From NCBI RefSeq assembly GCF_006345805.1, contig NC_043001.1, positions 26,846,001-26,910,000 on the forward strand: a stretch of DNA of 64,000 nucleotides, read 5' to 3'. Below the pieces are notes generated by a model that saw only the letters and a list, made by a program, of their open reading frames with translations, did no database searches and was not told where the DNA came from. Both the position numbers and the translations under genes were made by a program. The stretch's first letter is position 1. Each line of letters begins with the position of its first letter. This document shows, in pieces, positions 1-13,499 of the stretch. This DNA comes from Octopus sinensis (taxonomy: Eukaryota).

Positions 1-263
1 CCATTTTCCCCAGATTTAGCATCTCTACCCCAAGATGAAAATGGGCTCAAAGATTGCTGTGTTAACACTGTTGTCAAGATCAAGAGCAAATCACAGAAGA
101 CCCTCAACTTTATTACAGAAAACAACTTCCAGACCAGATTCTAAAAGTGGCAGGAATGCTGGGACCAGTGTATTTCTGGGCAAGGTGACTATTTCAAAGG
201 AGATGATGTTAAAACTTTGGTAAATAAGTCATTTTTTATTAGGGAACTTTTTGATACCACTTT
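1..263 (+). mobile_element. Degenerate Tc1/mariner element, 3' end (transposase C-terminus plus TIR)
   Basis: Frameshifted translation SPDLAS...KWQECWDQCISGQGDYFKGD resembles the mariner SPDLAP...W..C....GDYFEGD C-terminus; followed by TIR-like ggaactttttgataccacttta. Confidence 0.65.
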
Positions 264-864
264 ATGAGGACAGTGTCTTCTATGATGTCCCCACAGCCCA
301 ATGCATTTTGAACCTCATTATTCAAAAGAAGCAAACAAAACTTGCTTCATTAGAGGAAAATTTAAAGCTTGTTTCGTTATTTCTGATGAAGGGTTTTCCA
401 AACAATCAGAATATTTTCTTTTATATGTACACTCAGTGATAAAATATTAGAGTTTGGTAAACAATGCCAAACTTATTAATCTAGATTCAGCCCAACATAT
501 TATTGGATTGTAGTAGTATTAGTTTTTCTCTCACTTTAAACAGCAAAGTGTTACAGTTTTTAATAAATACTGTTATTGATTAACTTTTATCGTTTTAGTA
601 TCATGTTTGTATTTTTTAAGTGTTTATCTTATTTATTGATTGTTTACATTTAAAATCATTCAGAATAACAGATTATATAACTGAGCTTATCAAAAGGATA
701 AATCAATATGAATGTATTATTGTCCTAGGGATTGTTTCCTTGGTCATCACAGACTCTCTAATACAGGTGGGAATCAAGAAGTTAATATCTCTCTTGAATA
801 GCTGCAAACAGATACTTGCAGGCAGAATAGGAGCAGGGAGAAAATTTCAAAGGGGTACTTCAGG

Positions 865-1283
865 TAGACGGCTCTGCTCGATCTATAGAAAAGGTGTAGG
901 TAGAAACTCTATAAGATGTATCCAGTGTAAGCTGTGGACACATAAGAGGTGCAGCAATGTCAAAGGAAGGCTAACTAGGAAGATAGTTTTTGTATGAGGC
1001 AGATGCTCAGGAGCAATAAACACTGAAAATGTGCAGAGAACAACTTACGCCACATTCCAGGGAGAAAAACTAGAAGTAGTTGATAGCTTCCGTTACCTAG
1101 GTGACCAAGTCAGTAGCAGGGGAGGGTGCGCTGAAAGTGTAGCTGCTAGAATAAGAATAGCCTGGGCAAAGTTCAGAGAGCTCTTACCTCTCCTGGTGAC
1201 AAAAGGCCTCTTACTCAGAGTAAAAGGCAAACTGTATGATGCATGTGTACAAACAGCCATGCTACATGGCAGTGAAACTGCAG
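865..1283 (+). mobile_element. RTE-clade LINE reverse-transcriptase fragment
   Basis: GVGRNSIRCIQCKLWTHKRCS and LEVVDSFRYLG...ARIRIAWAKFREL...KGKLYDACV...MLHGSET are typical RTE ORF motifs; interrupted by a stop. Confidence 0.8.
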
Positions 1284-2150
1284 AACCCCGGCGATATTGC
1301 ACACCTGCAGCAGGAGTTGGACTCAATTTACAGATACGCTGAGGATAATAATATGCAGCTTAATGCTGAAAAATTCCAAGCCCTGTGCTACCAGCATCCA
1401 AAACTGAATATAAAATTTACTGGGTACACTGGTCCACAGAGGATTACTATCCCAGAGTGAGGGACTAAATCAGTGAGGGACTTGGGTATCAATCTGTGTT
1501 ATGATACTTCTTTCCAAGTGCACATTACCAGGATGGCAACAAAGTGTAGACAACTGGCTGGATGGATCCTGAGAACGTTCAGAACCAGAGAAAAAGAAAC
1601 TATGATGGTCCTCTGGAAAATATTTGTCCTAAGCTGCCTGGATTACTGCTCCCAGCTATGGTCACCTAACAGTGTAAAATTAACAGCAGACCTTGAAGCA
1701 ATCCAGCAAAGCTTTACAAAGAAGATCGTCTCTTTGCAACAGCTCAACTACCGGGAAAGGCTAAAACAGCTAAGACCCTACTCTCAGGAGTGAAGGCAGG
1801 AGAGGTATGCAGTAATATACATCTGGAAGATCCTGGAAGGAATTGTGCCAAATTTTGGCATTGAAAGCTACACCAATGCCAGAATGGGTCGACACTGCAC
1901 AGTGCCAAAGATCCCAGCAGTGCCATCGTACTTCAGGACCAGTTATTGTAACAGCCTGGGTTTCAGGGGCCCACAGCTTTTTAATATTATTCCAAAGAGC
2001 CTGGGGGACCAACACAAAGTGGATGTAGGCATTTTCAAATCAAAACTGGACTTTTTCCTGTCGAGAGTCCCAGATGAACCTACCTCATAGCAAGAGGTGC
2101 AAATGAGGGTAATGACATCAAACTCCATTCTTCTCCAAGTGCCACATATT
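1284..2150 (+). mobile_element. CR1/L2-type LINE ORF2 3' fragment (pseudogenised)
   Basis: LQQELDSIYRYAEDNNMQLNAEKFQ, RDLGI, WILRTF...LDYCSQLWSP...LEAIQ, FKSKLDFFL; several stops and frameshifts. Confidence 0.8.
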
Positions 2151-2279
2151 AGAAGAGGCTCTCAGTAATAACAGTGTAGGAAAACGGTGGTGCCCCAGCA
2201 TGGCAACAGCTCTGAGCTCAAACCACCAAAAAGGAAAAATATATCACACACACACACACACATATATATATGTATGTAT

Positions 2280-2342
<63 letters not shown>

Positions 2343-2343
2343 T

Positions 2344-2377
<34 letters not shown>

Positions 2378-3193
2378 CATCATCATCATCGTTTAATGTC
2401 CGTTTTCCGCGCTAGCACGGGTTGGACGGTTCGACCGGGGTCTGGGGAGCCAGGGGCTGCCCCAGGCTCCAGTCTGGTCTGGCAGTGTTTCTACAGCTGG
2501 ATGCCCTTCCTAACGCCAACCACTCCGTGAGTGTAGTGGGTGCTTTTTATGTGCCACCGGCACAGGCACAGGTATCACAACTACTGTTTCCATTGATATT
2601 TGGTTCGATGTTCATGTACATGCACTTGACTCAACTGGTCTCCTCAAGCACAGCGAGATGTTCTGGGATCCCATGATCGGTTGGTGCTTTTTATGTGCCA
2701 CCTGCACAGAAGTCAGTCGAGGCGGTGGCCGTTGCCAGTGCAGCCTCCTGGCTTCTGTGCCGGCGGCACATAAAAAGCACCATCCGAACGTGACCGATGC
2801 CAACCCCGCCTCGAATGGCTTCTGTGCCGGTGGCACATAAAAAGCACCATCCAAACGTGGCCAATGCCAACACCGCCCCGACTGGCTTCTGTGCCGGTGG
2901 CACATAAAAAGCACCAACCGATCGTGGGATCCCGGAACATCTCGCTGTGCTTGAGGAGACCTGTTGAGTCAAGTGCATGTACATGTACATGGGAATCGAA
3001 CCAAATATCAATGGAAACAGTAGTAGTTGTGATACCTGTGCTGGTGACACATAAAAAGCACCATCCGAACGTGCCGTTGCCAGTGCAGCCTCCACTGGCT
3101 TCTGGGCCGGTGGCATAAAAAGCTCCATCCGAACGTGACCGATGCCAACCCCGCCAGCACCACATCCGAACGTGGCCGTTGCCAGTGCAGCCT
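2378..3193. mobile_element. RTE LINE 3' UTR copy with an internal inversion
   Basis: (CAT)n tail plus tttaatgtccgttttcc...ggatgcccttcctaacgcc on minus to about 2735, then the same 3' UTR modules on plus (about 2740-3190); flanked by (TA)n. Confidence 0.75.
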
Positions 3194-3302
3194 ATATATA
3201 TATATATATATTATATATACATATATATACATTATATATATATATGCATGTATATATATATATGATATATATATATATACATACATATAATATACATACT
3301 AC

Positions 3303-3364
<62 letters not shown>

Positions 3365-3775
3365 TATATATATATACATGTATAATATAAGTATATATAT
3401 ATATACATACATATATACAATATATATATATTCCAAATTTGTGTAAATGTATATAGAATAATTATGATTTGAGTAAAGTTAAAACATGCTCTGGTTTTCA
3501 TATTTTTCATTATGATATTTTAAAAAAATATCATTTTTTTTTACAATGTTGAAGTGTACTAAGCATTAAAAAATTATTTTGTAACATTCATAAAGTTCAA
3601 TTAGCACTTTCATACGTTCGTAGTAATCATCAGATTTCAAAATGTATTTAACTGACAGTTGACTTCTTGACAACTGTAGTAAAATTATTGACTTCTTCAT
3701 TTTTGTACCTCTTAGAAGGCTCCAAACAAGCTGAATTTTTGCAATACAGTTTTGACCAATCTGCTCGCAGTTTAA

Positions 3776-3996
3776 CCCTTTAGTGTTTGTATTATTCTGC
3801 CAAAATTAATGCTTTTTTATCCATATTGTTTTGAACTAATCATGCATTATCTTGTAGCTTTGAGATTTTAATGAGGTAGCTGTTAATTTTTAAAACGATT
3901 TTGTAGGGTTGGTGTGAAAGACCAGATCTGGCCATTTTGAACATAAAACAGGCAGAATACTTTTGGCCGGATATGGCCGGTTTAAATGCTAAAGGG
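3776..3996. mobile_element. piggyBac-type MITE
   Basis: TTAA|CCCTTTAG...CTAAAGGG|TTAA: terminal inverted repeats and TTAA target duplication; related to copies at 26844 and 27803. Confidence 0.8.
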
Positions 3997-4432
3997 TTAA
4001 ACCTCACAGTTTGCCGGGTGTACCAATATTACTGGCATAAATTCCGCCTTTATTTTAACCAATTACCTTGCGGTTTACATGTAATTGGTTTTATGAGTGA
4101 GCAAACTTAGTTGGTTTCAATCATTTCTATTTCATTTAGTGGTGTCTTCTGTAATTTGTTTATATTCATATGTGAAAGATATTCTTTTAAACCATATCAT
4201 TAATTGATTGTTATATTTTTGTTGTTATTTCCATTCAGAACAGGTTTGAACATTTCAATAAACTGTTTTTCCTTTATCTTTCTTCCAACCTCACTTGTGT
4301 CATGCAGTTTGTGGAAAGGAAAACTTTCTTCTAATTCTTCCAAATCTTTCTGCTAAAACTGTATTGAAACCATTTGTGGGGGAATTTTTTTTATCAGATA
4401 CATCTTTGCTTAATGACACAGAAAATAAGGTA

Positions 4433-4681
4433 TACTCTCTCTTTACTCTTTTACTTGTTTCAGTCATTTGACTGTGGCCATGCTGGAGCAGCACCTTTTT
4501 AGTCGAGCAAATCGACCCCAGGATTTATTCTTTGTAAGCCTAGTACTTATTCTTTTGCCAAACCGCTAAGTTATGGGGACGTAACACACCAGCATTGGTT
4601 GTCAAACGATGTTGGGGGGGACAAACAGACATACAAACATATGCATACACACATACATACATACATACATACATACACACA

Positions 4682-4721
<40 letters not shown>

Positions 4722-4919
4722 GTACATACACATATATACATATATACATATATACGATGGGCTTCTTTCAGTTTCCGTCTACCAAATCCACTCACAAAGC
4801 TTTGGTCGGCCCGAGGCTATAGTAGAAGACACTTGCCCAAGGTGCCACACAGTGGGACTGAACCCAGAACCACGTGGTTGGTAAGCAAGCTACTTACCAC
4901 ACAGCCACTCCTATGCCTA
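4433..4919 (-). mobile_element. tRNA-derived SINE, family B (internal TG/TA microsatellite)
   Basis: Minus strand starts ggagtggctgtgtggtaagtag...gggttcagtccc (A/B-box-like); same family at 11383, 40530, 42627, 50468 and 53590. Confidence 0.8.
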
Positions 4920-5414
4920 TGATCAAGTAAAACTTATTCTAAAGCTCCAACTCATTAGTGTATCATTTCTGTTGAATACATTTGTCCTAAAAATAATAAA
5001 TAATAAAAAAAACCAATGCAGCATCAAATACTTCCACTGGATTACCAAATCCTTTGCTTTCAATACTTTGATCACAATCCCACAACAGTAAAACACTGAG
5101 AAAGCAACAAGAGTAAAGATTTGACACTGTTTTTCACTATCATCATAAGCTTCCCCATCTTGTTCTTTATCATATTCTCAATATTTATATAATGAAATTG
5201 TCTGGATTACCAAATCCTTTCAAGTGCTTCCACTGGTCACACACCACAAGGTTCAACGGAACTTACTGAAGCAAGCAAGCCAGCACACTTGCAGCATTAC
5301 CATAGGTGATGGCAAGGCTAAGGTGTCGGGAAAGCTAAGCACCCTCACAGACTCCTGACACCATGGTGAGGTTAGCTGCCAATCATTGTTCCTTTGATGG
5401 AGCTGTCTTTAGAA

Positions 5415-5445
<31 letters not shown>

Positions 5446-5769
5446 AAAATAAATATAGTGTTTTAAAACCTGATTAAAAAAAACATATTTGTTGAAATTT
5501 TTGTATTGTTAAAGTCCAACTGTTATCATCAATCATTAGAAGTTCATTTGAATAATGGCTTATTTACTTGAGCGAAGGTCAAATGGTGTACATTTTTGCG
5601 TCATATCGTCTTTACTGTTTCCCACTTGAATTTTGTTCTGTTTGGTGTGAAATAATGTGATAAAACTTTTAAAAAAGATGCTTTTTTGTTTGTTTGTTTG
5701 TTTGTTTGTTTGTGAATTAACATTTGTCTATATATGGAAAAAAATATTCATTCCATAATCATTATACTT

Positions 5770-5965
5770 GTCGTTATCATCATCCCCATCATCATCATTT
5801 CCATCATCATCATCATCACTGTCATCATCGTCATCACTGTCATCATCGTCATCACTGTCATCATCGTCATCACTGTCATCATCGTCATCACTGTCATCAT
5901 CGTCATCACTGTCATCGTCATCATTGTGATTATTGTCGTCGTTGTCATCATCATCATCATCATAA
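5770..5965. repeat. (CAT)n-derived repeat with an 18-bp unit cactgtcatcatcgtcat
   Basis: Directly visible tandem array; explains the poly-His, poly-Ile and poly-Met ORFs. Confidence 0.9.
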
Positions 5966-6157
5966 TGTTACATCTCTGTTTTGTTTTTCTATGCAGCTAA
6001 ATGGAATGATTCATTTCGTCACTCATCCATGAAAGTGGCTCCCTTCATAATGGTGCTTATCATGCTTATATATTCTAATAGAAGCACAGCACTATAGTGA
6101 TTGTCTACTTGTTATGACAATAATATATATTCTTTATCTTTCTGTGTGTTGTGGTTT

Positions 6158-6252
<95 letters not shown>

Positions 6253-6308
6253 ATGTATATATATAGGTATATGTGTGTTATATATATATATGTGTGTGTG
6301 TGTGTGTA

Positions 6309-6364
<56 letters not shown>

Positions 6365-6386
6365 GTATGTGTATATATATATATGT

Positions 6387-6449
<63 letters not shown>

Positions 6450-6540
6450 TATATATATATATATAATATATATGTTAAATAAAATGAGACAGCAAGCCCA
6501 AGTCAGTGTTAAACTTCTAGGACATTTATAGAGAAAGGTA

Positions 6541-6588
6541 GCCTTACAGCTGTTTCAAGGATATGAGAACTATCCCTTCATCAGAGAT
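6541..6588 (-). ncRNA. Type I hammerhead ribozyme-like motif
   Basis: Minus strand: tct CTGATGA agggata-gttctca-tatcctt GAAA cagctg TA agg. Core boxes are intact, stem II is 7 bp, stem III is palindromic, stem I is weak. Confidence 0.6.
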
Positions 6589-7176
6589 GATATGAAAGAG
6601 TTAAATAGAGGGAAATTTCACACAGCCTTGCCTTTGTTATCTCATTTTATTCAACATATACATGCTTATACTTGACCTGAATCAGACTCCTCACTCATAC
6701 TATTATCAAACCAGGAGTCCAGCTACAGTCTGTCCATAGCACTTACATAGCCTTACCTGCCATCTTGGGTCTTTTGGATACCAAAACCTCTCATATATAT
6801 ATATATATGGAGTGATTTTAATGATTTCAATAATTTATATTGTGATTTTTATAATTTGCATTCTTATCCTTATAAGTATTGAATTATAAGATATATATGT
6901 ATGCTATTAATTTTCTCATTTTATTAAATGAATAAATAATTCAACATTCTAATATCCGAAAGTTGATGAACAAACTAAATTGTTTCTCCATTTTCTTATT
7001 TGTATTATAAATTAAAGGTAAATTTTCTTTACCTTCACCCGTTTAATACAATAAATAAGTTAATTGCATTGCAATTAAACATTTATGTATTAAGAATTTG
7101 GGTACTTTACCAATAGTATATTGGATAAATACTATCCCTTAGTGGGTTGCACCCATAACCCCTAACTTAATTGGTG

Positions 7177-7223
<47 letters not shown>

Positions 7224-7393
7224 TTTTTTTACTTATCATATATTGATCATTCATTTTTATACTTTTTGAAATCTAGTTATAAGTTATATATTTTATAAAA
7301 ATATATATTATTTGTTATTTATGTTTTTGGTTTATGTCTATCACTGTTTGAGTTGCATATAGTGGTTTTATCTCTAATTTATATTTTACATAC

Positions 7394-7426
<33 letters not shown>

Positions 7427-8354
7427 ATAAAAGCAAAGTTTAGGTTTTATTTGTGGCATATTTCAACTGCTAAAAGGAAAATTCACTGCAGTTACCATGG
7501 AGAAAATGTTCTCTTATGATAAAATATTGTAAAAACACCATATCTGCCCAGTGATGCCATCTATCAGGTATCCCAGACACCAGTGTTTCTAGCTCCTTAG
7601 CTGTTATCAATGGGAAATACCTAAGAGAGGTAACTCTGGACAGCCCTTATTAAAGCTATAGCTTTAGCTAAAATGCAGTCAACAACATTGACTGATTTGT
7701 GCCTGTAAATTGCCAGATCATAGGAATCACCGTAATATTAGCACAAAACAGTGTTTAGGCATAACCAAAGTTTAGATTAGTTAAAATATGTTCATAACAT
7801 TTCAACTGCTTAAAGACAAATTCAGTGCAGTTACCATGGAGAAAATTTTCCTTTATGGTGAAAAGGTGTAAAAATATCATATCTATCCAGTGTCACCATC
7901 TATCAAGATTCTCAGATGTCTCTTGCTCCTTAGCTGGGTTCCATTCTTTACCAAACAGCAGACTACAGCCAAGAAATTGGAGTAAATTTTGTTCTGGAAG
8001 ATCAATCCTGAAGTCAGAAAATGCAATTTGAAAAGATAGTGTCTTCAACAAAAGCATCAAGTTTTAACTTCTAAAATCCTGGATCTAACCAATAGTGTTG
8101 TACATCACAATGCTTCATATTTGATACAAAGCAGGGTAAACACTTTAGTTCTAGGAGACAACCTCCGTCTTCCCTATGATATCATTTTGATATCCATGAA
8201 TACAAAACAAAGATAGTCTTTCTAGGAGAGCAGTAACTCCAAAGGAAAACTGATACCAGACTGAGGAGATAGTTTAGCCCTGAAGAAAAGTCTTTCTGGT
8301 GCTGACAGCCTTATGAAGGCATTCAATCCATGCTATGAAGTTGCATGCAAAACA

Positions 8355-8499
8355 ACTATAAATCCACGTCAACATAAAATATGCAACAGGGATTGATAGT
8401 TTTCTTTTACTGTATGTAAACTGATTTTATCATTTTACATACAGTAAAAGAAAACTATCGATCTCTGTTGTATATTTTATTTTGACATGGATTTATAGT
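8355..8499. repeat. Near-perfect 66-bp inverted repeat (hairpin)
   Basis: 8355-8420 is the reverse complement of 8434-8499 with 5 mismatches; 13-nt spacer. Confidence 0.9.
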
Positions 8500-10016
8500 C
8501 TAGACTGTGCTCAGAATATTTAGCCCATGCAGCCATTGACAAAAGTGGTCATAAAATGAGGATGATTACGATGAAAATGATGGTGATGATGATGATGATA
8601 ACAACACCACTCCTGATGATGATACATTGCTGCTGCTGATGATAATGATGCCAATGACAACGATGGTGATGATGGTGATGATCATCATGACGATCGTGAT
8701 GAGTATAATCAGATGATCATGATGAAGTTGATGATGAGAAGATTGAGGAAGTGAAAGAAAAAGAAAACAAATATCAATAGACAATAATCGATATCAGAAA
8801 GAGGATGACAAACAAATAGTTTCCAGTAAGCCTAAGGAGGAGACTTAATCGATTGTATAAAAGCTTGTTTTTTGTTAACCATTGTTTGTCATATTTTCTC
8901 ATGCTTTATTACTCTTGTTGATTAAATTAGTCATCTCAGCCTTAATAGATCTATAATACTAGTGCCTTATTATATCTGTTGATTAAAAGTGTTCAGCCTC
9001 TGCAGATACATGACTAGTCAGCCTAGAAACCCAATATCCCAGATACACAGATAGCATGTCTCGTAAGTTATTTTCAATTGAACTTCAGCATTTGATTAGT
9101 ACTGAAGCCAAGGCCATTTCATGTACATTGTGTTGTTCCTTACATTGGTAGTAAAAAGGGTGGTAGTGGTGGTGGTGGTGGTGGAGTATTCTGCCCCCAG
9201 GCAATTCTTTACTTTTATGGGAGCAGCACTTTTGGGCTTGCTGCAAAAAGAAGGGGACAATAAACTCAAACGCTACCCTGGGAAGCACACAATCTAGTTA
9301 TGCTACTGTCCAACATTTACACATAAAGGCATGTAATTTCCACTTTAAAGGAATATTTGGTGGCTGCATTGAGGTCACATTTGTTTGAGTACATCCTTCA
9401 AATAGTTTATAGAACCCCTGCTAGCATATTTGCTTAAAAGGTCAGAAATAATAACCAAATCTGCCTCAAATTAATCCATGCTATTGTCAGGAAAAGGGCA
9501 GGGCACACTGAGTAATGTAGACCTAGCGATATAATGTATCTAGAGAGAGATGGATCACTTGTAATCATACATCTGCTTAGTCAGGGTTGACCATGTGTTA
9601 AATTACAATTTTTGGTACAGGACCAGTAGTTTTCGGGGTGGGATATAGTTGATTACATCACCCACTTTCCCAAATGCCCAGTTGAACTTATTTTATCGAC
9701 CCCAAAAGTATGAAAGATAAAGTCAATCTTGGTGGAATTTAAAATCAAAATATAAAGAGTTGGAAGAAAAGCAGCTAAGCATTTTTTTCTGGTGGGCTAA
9801 TAATTTTGCCAATCTTGTCACCTTTTTTGTGTTAAATAACAATAACAATTGCAAGGCAGGAAGACTTGGAATATCTTGGAATCTATTTTGCACTTCATTC
9901 CGCAATTCACAGCAGTTCTATTTAACAATTGCACCATTATTTAAGGTAGTAGGCTAGGAAAAGTAAAAGACCAACAAGAGCTTTAAAAACAAAATAACAG
10001 AGTCATAAAAAATCAG

Positions 10017-10670
10017 AAGCAGTCTACAAGAACTTCATCATCTTCATCATCATCATTTAATCTCGGTTTTCCATGTTGGTATGGGTTAGATGGTTTGACA
10101 GGAGCTGGCCAGCCAGTGAGCTGTCTAGACTCCAATTGTCTGTTACAACATGGTTTCTATGACTGGATGCCCTTCCCAACTCCAACCACTTTATAAAGTT
10201 TGCTGGGTGCTTTTAATGTCCCACTGGCATGTGTGCATTTTACATGGCACCAGCACCTGTTGAGGTGAAGCCTGTATGTATGGATGGCTGTGATTTTACT
10301 TAGCATGATGTGTCTTTTCATGTATAGCAAAAGGCCACAACTCCCAGTCTCTTGTCCTTATTCATCATCATCATCGTTTAACATCCGCCTTCCATGCTAG
10401 CATGGGTTGGAGGATTTTGACTGAGCGCTGGCGAACCAGACGGCCGCACCAGGCTCCAATCTTGATCTGGCAGTGTTTCTACAGCTGGATGCCCTTCCTA
10501 ACGCCAACCACTCCAAGAGTGTAGTAGGTGCTTTTTACGTGCCACCAGCACGGGGCGAGTCAGGTGGTACTGGCATGGCAATGACCTCGCTTGAATCTTT
10601 TTACACATGCCACCAGTACAGGTGCCAGTAAGGCGACGTTGGTAACGATCACGCTCAAATGGTGCCCTTA
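10017..10670 (-). mobile_element. Two tandem 5'-truncated RTE LINE 3' ends
   Basis: Two (CAT)n tails (about 10017 and 10362), each followed by ...ccatg...atgggtt...ctggatgcccttcc. Confidence 0.75.
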
Positions 10671-10747
10671 TTGTTGTGGGATTTTAGTTATCTATCTCTG
10701 TGTGATATCTGCACTTGTAAGGTGCATCACATATTTCCCTACAATGT

Positions 10748-11159
10748 TGTAGAAAGGAATAAAACGGCAGGAACATGAATAGCTGAACAAAAAACAATAA
10801 TAGTTTATTGTTTCACAGAAGGAGATACTTCATCGCTGGTCATTGGTAGCATGAATGCCTGGGTCAGGAAGGCAGTAGAGTCGGATTAAATCACCATGGT
10901 TAAAACAGTCTTCATCGCCCTTCGAGTCTGGTTCGCCCTTCGAGTCTGGTTCGCCCCTTCCCTCGGAGCCCTGTTGGGACACGTCTTAATTCATCGACTG
11001 CCAAGAGCCAAGAGGCTTGGAATAGCGGGAAAGTCTAACTGCTCCTGATTACTGCACATGCGCCTCAGGGGACTTCCGGCAGCCTACCAGAAGACACCAA
11101 ACATTGCACTTGTGCAGATGAACATCCCAAAATGGCGTCTAAAACCTGGCGTCACTACA
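10748..11159 (-). mobile_element. Probable solo LTR
   Basis: 412-bp GC-richer block bounded by TGTAG...CTACA; AATAAA on minus near the 3' end (10804-10809); only an imperfect 4-bp flank match (atgt/ttgt). Confidence 0.55.
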
Positions 11160-13442
11160 TTGTCATAAATATGGGACAAGTAAATCCAAAGGAAGAATCT
11201 GAATCTTCAGCAAAAATAACAGAATAAAACAAAAATACCAAATATGTTGAGTAACTATATAAAAACTACCCTTTTGGCTCTTTTCATTCTAATTCAAGAT
11301 GGCAGGGGAGACCCAAGTAATGAGTTGGATTGGATGATGCAATGTAGCTTATTTAGTTCAGATTATGCTGTACTTAATTTCTTTCTGTTTCCATCAACCA
11401 AATCCACTCACATGGCTTTGGTCAGCCTGAAGCTGTAGTAGAAGACACTTGCCCAATGTGCCACGCAGTGGGACTAAACCCGGAACCATGTGGTTGGTAA
11501 GCAAGCTACGTACCACACAGCCACTCCTATGCCTATGTTTCATACATGATATTTCTTTCGACAACTGATTTTTATAAATATTATTTTTACGCTGATAGAG
11601 TTGTGCGGTTTTTCTGTTTTACAAACATGGATTAACAATTATTTCATTGCAAGCCTATAAAGTTTCTTTGTTATTCTCTGTTAAACAAACAATGTGTGCC
11701 ATGCATTTAAAAAAATTTCAGAATACATTTTAAGTACTAGGCCCTATGTTCCATTTTTCATTATCGCCCCAAGTCATCGGCGATGAGAAATTCGGAGTTA
11801 AGATAAAGTTCACTTGAGGAAATTAAAAACAAACTAAAAGGGAATGTTGAGCACAATGCAAAGAAACAATCACCTTTAATGAGATCACTAGAAAATTGGT
11901 ATTGTACCTAATTAGAAAAGAGATTGTTAGGATCTTTTCAAAATTCTAGATATTTCTGATGGTTTAACAAATGATGAAGAAGAAATATAATGGTGTCAAC
12001 CAGCATACTTGATGCAGTAAACTAAGACATTTTAATTTAATTTAAATTATGCTCTAAGTTAGGAAAACAAATCATTTGCTAAATAACGAATTCTGGTGAA
12101 AAAAAAATAATGAAAGAGCAAGGTAAGACAACTCTGATAGTTTTGTTTATTTAAAATTATTTTAGAGCCAAATGACTCTAAAACTACCTTATCTATCACA
12201 TAGACATAGGCTAAAAGTGAGGGAATGAACAAAAGAGATTTAAAAAAAAAAAGGTTTAGCCATCGATCGATTTCTGGTTTAGGGATGTAATATCCTTTAC
12301 TTTCTTCAGTATGACATAACCAAAAGTACATAATTATAAACATTTATACTTACCATATGAACACAACATGTCTACAGGGCATACACAAATGTTCACATTT
12401 ATATACAAGTTAAATCTAGTTCTTTCAACTCAGCCACGTGTGAATAACCAAAATAATTCAGCAGTAAATAAATTTCATTGAAGTGAATTCATATTTATCA
12501 TTATAATCAAGAATAAAATCTGAATAATCAAGAGTAAAATACTTTATCAAGTAGCTAGCATGTAATAAACCATTTAAGTAAAAATTAATACAAAGTATTT
12601 AATTATATACAGGTATATATATGTATTTAATTATATACATACATATATATATATATACCCCCACACATTCACCCACACACCCTCACCCCACCCCAAAACC
12701 CACACCCAACCATCACATCCCCATACCACCACATCACCCACCCCACATTACTCTGCACACACTAGCACTGACCACTTCCCAGCACCCACACAATATCCAC
12801 ACACCCACACATTACAGATGCACACACTTACACACTCACATGCACACATGCATGCGCACCTTTGCTTTGGGATCACCAGTACTTTATTATCTCCCCTTCT
12901 TCCTGGCCCTCCCATCCAACTACTTTTTTCTAAGCAGGTGCTGTGATTGACTGCTAAATCTACAATTTTTTATTCTCTCTCTGTTTATTTCCTTGCGTTC
13001 CTCTCTACTTAAGAGTGTAGACTCGAAATGTAAAAGACTTTCACACTATCCTGAGTGTCAAACTAATACACCTGCCTGTTGTTTATACACCTGTCATCAT
13101 CTTTTCTTTTTCTGTAAATTTCAACTATATATATAGTGGATTGTTTTCAAGTACTTTGGTTTTTCTGGGAGCCCCTTTTAAAGTAGAAGGAATAACTAAG
13201 ATTTTTTGACTGCCATTTCTAAACTTCGGTATGTGGTGAAGCATATCGTTGCTGAACCCTAATTATAAAGTATATATATATATAAAGGTTCCAGACAGCA
13301 AACTTAGATAAAATATCGGCACATGCTGATACAAGGGTAAAGGCCAACCAGGTAGAAATAAAAGCAACGAAATAGTATTTACATGTGAATAAAGTTTACA
13401 CACACACACGCACACACACACACACATACACACACACACACT

Positions 13443-13492
<50 letters not shown>

Positions 13493-13499
13493 TATATAT

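Noticed and set aside
5724-6531. His-rich, Ile-rich and Tyr/Ile ORFs here and throughout the ORF track
   Set aside because: They are translations of (CAT)n, (TA)n and (TG)n microsatellites.
10800-10840. Minus-strand CGAUGA...GAAAC hammerhead-like string
   Set aside because: The core is incomplete with no stems I or III; better explained as the poly(A) region of an LTR.
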